Shown: positions 58,601-64,000 of the stretch, piece after piece
How the letters are laid out: the number at the start of each line of letters is the position of its first letter
Position numbering within the stretch: the stretch's first letter is position 1
From: a virus
Strand: one strand, 5' to 3'
IMG/VR virus record: IMGVR_UViG_3300033048_000096
DNA: 64,000 nucleotides
The notes under the pieces: model-generated
The model's input: only the letters and a program-made list of their open reading frames with translations
What the model was told of the DNA's origin: nothing
Databases searched by the model: none
Translations under genes and position numbers: made by a program

Positions 58601-58982
58601 TCTTCTTTCCCTTGTCAGGTCCAGACTCGCTTATTACCTTAATATCTCTTCTGGCTATATCAAATAGTGCATTATTTATAGCCACTCTGGATCTTGACAA
58701 ATCTTCAATCTTAGGGGTAAGTTCCAGCCCCTTGAGCGCACTTAGATTCCTGATCAAGATGTTTGCGACATTTCTTGATGGACGCATTTTTAAACCATCT
58801 GCCCTTATACTTAAAATTGCCCCTCCTGACAAAGGAACCACTGAAGTGTCTCTGGGGAATTCTACGGAATATGTAGTGTCGGTATTTTCACTAATTATTT
58901 CCTTGCCGCAATTTAGAGGCGACGTTTCCTCACAATCATCCGCCACTTGACGCGGAACTAATCCTGGTAATATGAAGGTCAT
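52668..58982 (-). CDS. large probable virion protein (2104 aa) with Ig/IPT-like segments and a hydrophobic helical region
   Basis: PSIQNISPDG...IQISGEDL (IPT-like), ATIEVIPRDSYD (Ig-like), long Leu/Ile/Cys-rich helical stretch; lies between the spike-like and gp25-like genes. Confidence 0.6.
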   Translation of the reverse strand: MTFILPGLVPRQVADDCEETSPLNCGKEIISENTDTTYSVEFPRDTSVVPLSGGAILSIRADGLKMRPSRNVANILIRNLSALKGLELTPKIEDLSRSRVAINNALFDIARRDIKVISESGPDKGKKKKAPFVYLSVFKGDDPSVIKEGISNPDMIRVCEFRYIPAESFIKILDNILDETSPSFGDVVGVSGRTYSDLQSYASEINDSIEQASSSFEFPNIDPPSFPSLGGSTADVNDLILEFFPVVNLSNSALSSTSSNPVIGGYYTVLDNVLYIKLPDITGRDSAGTPGGSLTSDSSIWIEVLSGKSLTRTEIDNFKLPPVAAFVGDQETEFPSSSSLEVIFELEEADDVTVYLSPIVKGVSVNGARSIDAFSGEVELFTVPVLTRPVQGSGGLLDTANRLAIINEDSSPSSNEVSGLAQFVDNFYPGFSDSSISPSDSGYPYFGQRDPHIFFGEKNRPDILLTDNGNSVSKNNSRYFNISSYGILNILSSVMPKFYNGVPKEWASSKPTIDSDGNYKAVFSSINFDSINLSSAVHNGSIEYAVYVEDSSGQVTRVNGPHLSLSEATPSIQNISPDGFSGGLPIVIDEVNVIQISGEDLAEVKRVSFTNLSSGAIINISPGDSTPSVMSIPTDSSITLTLDAGDLGARGFVASSEYSIRLHGAGSATVSSEDRVFVASASDDDLPTKSALFVEFSTNEFRSSDFGLEPITGIPLFNNGLSASIGIKSKGKIFDGEKDVYAYIGLPTGEVNTQVLSEFSFPSRTIQLNASGLELLVPLDIEYTFQKAITADFSKIPFSNKKAILKFPGASYSGYNFSSLVNVDKAYIVITNRRLGEVAGSNTTVNLDSDSHGLLEIGSDSDPGFIEPSSIIGMAADISGTVFSTFENSKFDIPSDVFGGQSLTPGTIVTSDNISKIALIVSGTNEKFISKRYRISLGGEDITNKISNKPTVIGRGQILFELSNIRPKNDGILSFTIDKKEKRFGSNYSSVGYTGKSTAIINEAPGSIYSIDEKTGTLIVNEDITSDELVSSVESFISDTSNLFGIVGNSSLSSNVLDSLYPDSPTNGVLFNPANSDKFITNVPFVPIDITPSTKIKLGLSLVSGNTSTLLAGFTESKVNSLARDVLIVGSGASFSSGSYVLNKDGDAALLFFNAITQSLASIKYNVPEVISIAEEGKDPIILSTGKEIPIIVGNKYEIVVDNTDRDFTLMFDSIVIKPRGRPEPVDGVAGRYKATIEAPITLLNISISSETCFDVCASTRNSTRNRAKFELGRDFVVDLDDVFQEMLLGPLKDKIPDVQGLFDKLADAPLKFVSNLLDKANIPKDLIKSFCDLSFHLVAELKISLNGFQVLMVPLQVIFCIIDVICSLLNPVKLARAIIRLFQCLYDLILLLPQISIPVMFFQLILHLLELLKCVIDKILFTITAINEISRALNLAGQKPIDFDAIKALEETLSEYLFEIEADLTFLEPILSILAIFLQLLQLIFRFPCSITPGEGEPDCGVDGTMLAGIVAGIAAPDLSIDPNVMLPVGQTYSNDDLGSTSSSNITESVFGNSVGVESGGTYLESMNLDSDTLRGTSANSGGIDFNVTMAPTFTKSTKNVGKPKQVKFRFNGRGLTTGVNDKNIDPNQTVDTPLAFLSKDGTILKLGEKGNLYSPIDGQAFLNINGDTASVKPLILEFEVPVFGTDPDTGVPMQTGTDLITRTFDNIPKVVIMDDEFNVYFIQKDGIEFDSDGFVETIIADVVNTPSSSKLKFSREEVEIDSDEDGDIDEDDKSIKIFDFPQLYFFDMRQAGDQLEQFCSTASINSFPFEDNNTEDIESIVTDAVDCLDTYLAGVRGQVATIRNAQTLGVLPLPEISVDEFSSLNETVVECLSGTLDDICKYVINGLNTSFKILEDDDETPLEGFVDGDISEDVLEGFDAIGPAFTGAREYAAGIGDSASIAAGGIATIEVIPRDSYDDEIIGDITNRIILEIISDSTGDAEFIKNQDGSILTKTGTAYTAKITSSNIGEVKVRGRVCERTIQALTFDGLQFTELEEDVNCVPNINTDGSLSSSPPLGALTKVDRILSIFFVKVSRVIMSNIDGADELPSTQPQEFGSGLEN

Positions 58983-61351
58983 TATACATTCCTAGTTGGT
59001 GGTTTAATTACATTTATAACTCCCTTAGGGTCTACAGTCCTAACTGATATACCCTTAAGAGTTACGTCACTTGATGAGCTTTCGATTAATATCGGTCCAT
59101 CATTTCTAAATATCATAGGGACAGAACGCTTCATCCCTCCTATTACCAGCCCATTCTCACTTATCGAAATTATAAAGTCAGATTCTGCCCCGGGGTTACC
59201 ACCTTTTTCTGATGTATTATCCCCCGTGAATTGGCTGGTTACAAATCCCTTATCAGTTACATTAACCCTTAGCTCAAATCTGCCCTTGGTCATCTGTTTC
59301 GTAACTTCCGTCCCGCTAGACGAAGTTGTTGTATTATATGTTCCACCCACATTAATTAACATATCACCGTCCGTCTGCATAACCATACTTCTTCCGTTTT
59401 TATCCGCGCCTAGCCAAGCTATTATAGATCCGGCTGTATCTAACACAATACTCTTCTGATCGAAATTATCCTTACCCACTGACGCCTCTACCGAACCCTC
59501 GAAGTTAAGATGAGCGCTTTTGCCGCCGACCGGTCTTGCCACCTCATCTCCGTCGGCAATTTCTACGGAAACTTCATCGCCAACTACCGAAGACCTAAAA
59601 TCATTTGAGTAAGGGGGATTTCCTGACTCATCAGTGTATAATTTGCCAGCAATTAATGTACCGACTCCATTGCCATCTTCGCCTCCGCCAGAATATATAG
59701 CTGGATTTCCAGGCTCTACTGCGATCACGCTCATATATGTCGGAAAGTCAGTGGCAAACTGAGGTAAGAGTTCTCTAAGCGAAGACAGATCTAATGTTTC
59801 CGCAGAATTTAATGAATCAGGAATAGGAATCTCAAATGGCTTAAGAATAGACATTCCCTCCGGAAATCCTGATTCGTCAGTAAATCTAGTTGGTATATTT
59901 ATTATCTTTATAGTGTTAGCTATAAGCCTTTCCGCAGTGGCATACATATTGTGATACTTAGTTGAGTTAACTCTAACCTCAGTGACTAGACCATCTCCGT
60001 CGGTGGGGAAGTAGGAAGAAGTCTCATCTACACTATACCGGATTCCAGTCTTGCGATGTGTAATTCCTTGCGCATTTTTATCCGGGTAAACCATTTCTCC
60101 GTTAGCATCCCTTAACGTAACAGGTACCGGCTCTGTTATTATATCTTTTTCAAAAGATACATTCACAGAATCTCCTTCACCTATGTAATTAGCGTTTGAT
60201 GCGAAAGGTATATTTCCCGTATCTGATGATGCTGGTATATTAACTTTTAATAACCCTTCCTTATCTATATCAAATACGAAGTTGCTAATGCTTTCACTTA
60301 AATCATTAGATCTCGTGTTTGTTGATAATTGGAAATGATAGCCTATACCCCGACGACTTATTCTTCTAGCTCTATCATAATTTACTAACAAACTCTCCGT
60401 AGGTACTTCGTTATTCTTACCAATAACTATTGGTCTATAATTTATATCTAATACATTCCCATTTATATCAACTACGTTACCGCCTATAACCTCAATAAGC
60501 TCATGCTCAGCTAGATGCAAAGAGTTTCCTTGCTCACGATTCCTTAGGAAGGTTTCTGAATCATCATACATTTTCGTATTATTGGTTGCTCTGGAAACTT
60601 CGTCATCAAACCCCGTAAACATACTTTCAGTGGTGAACTCATTAATCACCATTCTATATTCTGATATTTCAGGATTTCTTTTTCTTGATTGATAAGTTCT
60701 TCTTGATGGCCAACTATTTTTGAAAAAACCCAGGGGCGTCGTTCTGTTAGCATATTTAGGGTCAGCAAACAATGGGGTTTGATTGAGGTTTGGTTTTGGG
60801 AATAGATTTCTTATTATTCCGGGCATTCTCCTGACAGAACCGGCTATAATCTTCGTTGAGTTTGAGTATTCTACTATATCTCCCGAAGCTGTTAATAATG
60901 ATGATCTTGCGTCATTCCTGTTTAGATAGATTCCGCCACCATTGACTGTTGTTAAATTTATATCACCGGACCCTCTTAACCCTATCTCTGCACCATTATC
61001 CCCTCTTATTATAATCTCCCCATCTTTAATCTCAGGGTAAGGTATTGTTCCGTTTGGCACATCCACAGGCTTTCTTCTGTTGAAAATACTTCTATATAAA
61101 TTTGGCTTTGGAATTAATCCAGTTATTACTGTAACATCTCTGCTCCTAGCTGATGTAAACATAGCAATGACCCTAGTCCCTCTAGTTATTCCGTAGAATA
61201 TACCAGCATTTCCATTTCCGGCGAAATGAGGTAATGGAACGCCATCGATCGTAGAATCAGTATTGGCATCTATCGGGCTAATAGAGCAAGTTCCTCTACT
61301 ATAATCTATCTCAACTATAATTGCTTCGAATATTTGATCAGAAAATAACAT
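58982..61351 (-). CDS. putative baseplate central spike (gp5/gpV-like OB-fold N-terminus, beta-rich C-terminus)
   Basis: AIIVEIDYSRGTCSI...VPLPH...GIFYG...GTRVI; GEIIIRG..GAEI.L...GDI; directly after the hub-like gene. Confidence 0.6.
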   Translation of the reverse strand: MLFSDQIFEAIIVEIDYSRGTCSISPIDANTDSTIDGVPLPHFAGNGNAGIFYGITRGTRVIAMFTSARSRDVTVITGLIPKPNLYRSIFNRRKPVDVPNGTIPYPEIKDGEIIIRGDNGAEIGLRGSGDINLTTVNGGGIYLNRNDARSSLLTASGDIVEYSNSTKIIAGSVRRMPGIIRNLFPKPNLNQTPLFADPKYANRTTPLGFFKNSWPSRRTYQSRKRNPEISEYRMVINEFTTESMFTGFDDEVSRATNNTKMYDDSETFLRNREQGNSLHLAEHELIEVIGGNVVDINGNVLDINYRPIVIGKNNEVPTESLLVNYDRARRISRRGIGYHFQLSTNTRSNDLSESISNFVFDIDKEGLLKVNIPASSDTGNIPFASNANYIGEGDSVNVSFEKDIITEPVPVTLRDANGEMVYPDKNAQGITHRKTGIRYSVDETSSYFPTDGDGLVTEVRVNSTKYHNMYATAERLIANTIKIINIPTRFTDESGFPEGMSILKPFEIPIPDSLNSAETLDLSSLRELLPQFATDFPTYMSVIAVEPGNPAIYSGGGEDGNGVGTLIAGKLYTDESGNPPYSNDFRSSVVGDEVSVEIADGDEVARPVGGKSAHLNFEGSVEASVGKDNFDQKSIVLDTAGSIIAWLGADKNGRSMVMQTDGDMLINVGGTYNTTTSSSGTEVTKQMTKGRFELRVNVTDKGFVTSQFTGDNTSEKGGNPGAESDFIISISENGLVIGGMKRSVPMIFRNDGPILIESSSSDVTLKGISVRTVDPKGVINVIKPPTRNV

Positions 61352-61360
61352 TATTTACCC

Positions 61361-64000
61361 CTAATTAGTTCCGGAATTAATGCCGTCTTGCTTTTTAATT
61401 CCTGTGCCAATAACTCTCTCTATGTCTAGTATTCCGATCTCTATAACATTGCTAACTCTAAATGTTCTAGAGTTTATAGTAGCTACCGTATTGTTTTGAG
61501 ATTTTATATCAAGCCAAGTCCTCTGCTTAGGGCCGCCCTTAGGGAATATCGCTTCGTAATCACCCGAATCTATAAGTTTACTATCCAAAGTTTGCGCGCT
61601 TAAAAGTGAAGGGTTAAGACACTGAATTTCACTAGTGCTAGACTCATTGTCTAAGAATACAATCTGTTCTGCAATCATCGTGGCTGGAATTGAATTAACT
61701 GGCAATCCGTTAGGAAGAGTCATCGATGTAATCCCTTTGGTTGTGCCAGACTGCTTGCCAAGTCCTCTAGCTACTGACGATCCGAAGTCAAATATGTCAT
61801 CGGATAATGAAGTTGGATTCGTCTGAGTTAATGATACCGGATTCTGTAACATTCCTTTTATTATTTTTATATTATTTCTAACCAACTCTTCGTCAGGATC
61901 ATTTCTTCCTTTCACGAAACCTCTTATTAAGACTATTCTGTTACCTATAACTAGGGAGCTTAAATCTGCCATCATATTTGTAAATCTTAACGCATTATCT
62001 TTATGGTCTAACAGAACCGGAATGTTCTCTTCCGTTATATCCTGATTATCAGGAAAGACAATTGCGCAATCTGGCTGAAGCTCTCTGTAGCTATCATCTC
62101 CTTGTGAATTTCTATAAGTTAATATAGTTCCAGTAAGAGGGTCTTTGGTGAATTGCTGCCCTATGATATCTAATGGACTTGGTAGATAGGTCCCAGGAGG
62201 ATGACCGAACTCAAGAGTTAATGATGTTGTAAACTTACTTCCTAATCCAAAATTATGAGAAACACTTCTGACGTAATAAAGAAGTTCTTTTGTCTTTACA
62301 TAAACTGTATCTCCAGGCTCATAGTACTCGTTACCTATTATCGTTATGGAAGCTTGATTTATCTTTAATCTTTGAAGCTGTAACTCAAGTATCGCATAAG
62401 GCTTTGATTGTAACTCAGCGTCCGAAGCGAATGGTAAGTTTTTAGTTCCCCCACTCTTATAACCGTACTGTCTCCATAAATCAAAATCAGTCGCCCCAGC
62501 CCAATAGTATCTATCCTGGAATGTTTGGTTTAATGAGCTTCCTATGATCGGGGCATCTCCAACTATATCAACCCTGACGAAATCAGGAGGCTCTTCCGTG
62601 AATGTACATTCCATTATATCATAATCTTCGATGATATGTCTCTTGCCCGAACCTGGACCTAGGAAATTTCTAGTATCATCAGCTATTAAATGATCAAATA
62701 AAGACCCCTTAGTAGCGTCACCTGTGAATATATCAGTAATCGTTTTAACTGTGTTGCTAGCCTGATCTAGTTTTTCAATTAATGTGTCTAAGAAGTTAGG
62801 ATCATTATTTGCCTGCGCGTTAGTAAACTCTCCAGATAGAATCTCCTCAACCTCATCAAGCTCCTGCTCTTTTTCTGCATTTCTCATTAAAATCGTTACT
62901 AAACTATCTCTCTTTGATATCGTCTCCTCAAGCTTCTTTAAGTAATTATTCGCTTTAGCTAGATTTTCAGACTCAGCGTTAGGACTGGTAGAGTTATTAT
63001 TTAATATAAAATCTGATTTCTGAAACTTACCATTGTCACTAACCAAATCCGTAGCCGGATCTATTCCGGATAATTTAACGAAGCTTTCTCTTAGATTATT
63101 TAAATTAGACGGATTAGCTATCTTGATTGAGCTTTCACCAGACGAATTAGATGCTGTATTTAAAACGTTGTTCACTAAACCTGTAGACTCTTGAAATAAA
63201 GGATCGAATATTCCAAGAAGTGTTGTCGTGTCACCATTCAGAACATCTCCTCTCTCCCCAAGACCTGCCATTATATTTATTCCTGTTCCCAAAACCTGAT
63301 TGCCCGTATCCACGATATTACCTACTCCAAACTGGATATTACCGCTACGCAAGTCAACAGCGCTTGTACTGCCAGATTCGCTTACCCCGAAAAATCTCAA
63401 ACTTTCCTTGCCATTTCCAAATCCCTGCAGTATAATATTCCTGACAGAAGAGTTAAAGTTAGGTATTAGGGTATTATCTGGGTAACTATTGAGTAAGAGG
63501 GCTAGGAGGACTATACGGATATTGAGACTATGGATCTCCCTCCTTAGTGAATTGGATCTACTTTGGAACACTTCTGTCAGGAATGAGGGCACTATCTTCT
63601 TTCCTGATTCTTTATTGATTTCGAATAAACGTTGGAGTATAGTTAAGGGAGTCCTGTTCCATTGGGGTGGACGGAATTCTAGATGGCCCTGTGAGTTGGC
63701 GAAGAATTCTAAATTTATAAACTTTGCAGCCTCAGCGCATTTGTCATAAACACTGATGAAATCTCCCTTGAATATTTTGTAGTCAGCATCTTTCAACTTA
63801 AATATGAATGGACGAATATCTGTTTGCTCATCATATTGATCCGAAACTATAAACAAATTCTGATCTCTGTTAAGTCTAACATCCTCTATCCTTCTCTGTG
63901 CTCCCACAATCGTCATAGCTCTAGTCGTCTGATGATCAGCGGTGTAGTTTCCAGTTAAAGGAAGCGTCTTGCTTCTTCCGAATAAATTGAAATTTTGAGT
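61361..64000 (-). CDS. putative baseplate hub (gp27/GpD-like), 5'-truncated by the window edge
   Basis: Frame is open from 63916 to 64000 (TQNFNLFGRSK...). EFFANSQGHLEFRPP, RQYGYK, ASITIIGN..YEPGDTV...YYVRSVSHNF...FTTSLTL are hub-type motifs. Confidence 0.7.
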   Translation of the reverse strand, partial: TQNFNLFGRSKTLPLTGNYTADHQTTRAMTIVGAQRRIEDVRLNRDQNLFIVSDQYDEQTDIRPFIFKLKDADYKIFKGDFISVYDKCAEAAKFINLEFFANSQGHLEFRPPQWNRTPLTILQRLFEINKESGKKIVPSFLTEVFQSRSNSLRREIHSLNIRIVLLALLLNSYPDNTLIPNFNSSVRNIILQGFGNGKESLRFFGVSESGSTSAVDLRSGNIQFGVGNIVDTGNQVLGTGINIMAGLGERGDVLNGDTTTLLGIFDPLFQESTGLVNNVLNTASNSSGESSIKIANPSNLNNLRESFVKLSGIDPATDLVSDNGKFQKSDFILNNNSTSPNAESENLAKANNYLKKLEETISKRDSLVTILMRNAEKEQELDEVEEILSGEFTNAQANNDPNFLDTLIEKLDQASNTVKTITDIFTGDATKGSLFDHLIADDTRNFLGPGSGKRHIIEDYDIMECTFTEEPPDFVRVDIVGDAPIIGSSLNQTFQDRYYWAGATDFDLWRQYGYKSGGTKNLPFASDAELQSKPYAILELQLQRLKINQASITIIGNEYYEPGDTVYVKTKELLYYVRSVSHNFGLGSKFTTSLTLEFGHPPGTYLPSPLDIIGQQFTKDPLTGTILTYRNSQGDDSYRELQPDCAIVFPDNQDITEENIPVLLDHKDNALRFTNMMADLSSLVIGNRIVLIRGFVKGRNDPDEELVRNNIKIIKGMLQNPVSLTQTNPTSLSDDIFDFGSSVARGLGKQSGTTKGITSMTLPNGLPVNSIPATMIAEQIVFLDNESSTSEIQCLNPSLLSAQTLDSKLIDSGDYEAIFPKGGPKQRTWLDIKSQNNTVATINSRTFRVSNVIEIGILDIERVIGTGIKKQDGINSGTN

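Noticed and set aside
371-63749. The many plus-strand ORFs of 60-220 aa in the track
   Set aside because: All lie antisense to longer minus-strand genes with recognisable motifs, are Ser/Leu/Phe/Ile-rich as expected for shadow frames, and show no family motifs.
1-64000. Alternative genetic code (TAG or TGA recoding, seen in some large phages)
   Set aside because: Code 11 gives near-complete coding density with ORFs up to 3286 aa, and TAG and TGA both terminate genes right at the next gene's start.
47059-64000. Bacterial extracellular contractile injection system or T6SS rather than a phage
   Set aside because: It is co-oriented with DnaB, a loader, a UvsW-like helicase, a homing-endonuclease-like gene and many orphan genes. 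A phage is more parsimonious, although no capsid or terminase is visible in this window.
1-64000. CRISPR arrays, tRNA/rRNA genes, IS elements, strong intrinsic terminators
   Set aside because: Intergenic gaps are under about 100 nt, and I saw no repeat-spacer pattern, cloverleaf, transposase or GC hairpin plus U-tract by eye. A tRNAscan/Infernal run would be needed to exclude small RNAs.

Overview
This AT-rich window (roughly 35% GC by eye) is very gene-dense, and every credible gene lies on the minus strand, often abutting or overlapping its neighbour (TAAATG / TAATG / ATGA junctions). The content fits a segment of a large contractile-tailed bacteriophage (jumbo myovirus-like) read in standard code 11. 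In transcription order (right to left) there are four blocks. (1) About 31 kb of baseplate/tail genes: a hub/GpD-like protein cut by the window edge, a spike-like OB-fold protein, 2104-aa and 601-aa unknowns, gp25-like, baseplate J-like, a 3286-aa wedge/LamG protein and a 1521-aa protein with a dockerin-like Ca-binding repeat pair. (2) A 21.5 kb glycan-synthesis cluster: 10 glycosyltransferase-like genes, 3 sulfotransferase-like, 2 methyltransferases, Gmd, an SDR epimerase, a short UDP-sugar dehydrogenase, a GSCFA protein, a deacetylase-like protein and thioredoxin, with no recognisable membrane or export gene. (3) A repeat-containing homing-endonuclease-like gene, a tubulin/FtsZ-family GTPase, an SF2 helicase, an Sm-like protein, a DnaC-like loader and DnaB. 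(4) An FmdB-like Zn ribbon, PrkA/YeaG and YhbH/YeaH (cut by the window edge). The best candidate for an undescribed system is the export-less, sulfating/methylating glycosylation cluster directly downstream of giant Ser/Thr-rich baseplate proteins. Also notable are the phage-borne PrkA-vWA module, a tubulin with a basic tail, three adjacent unknown proteins sharing a helical motif, and two recurring intergenic motifs. All functional calls come from motif recognition by eye; no database searches were run.
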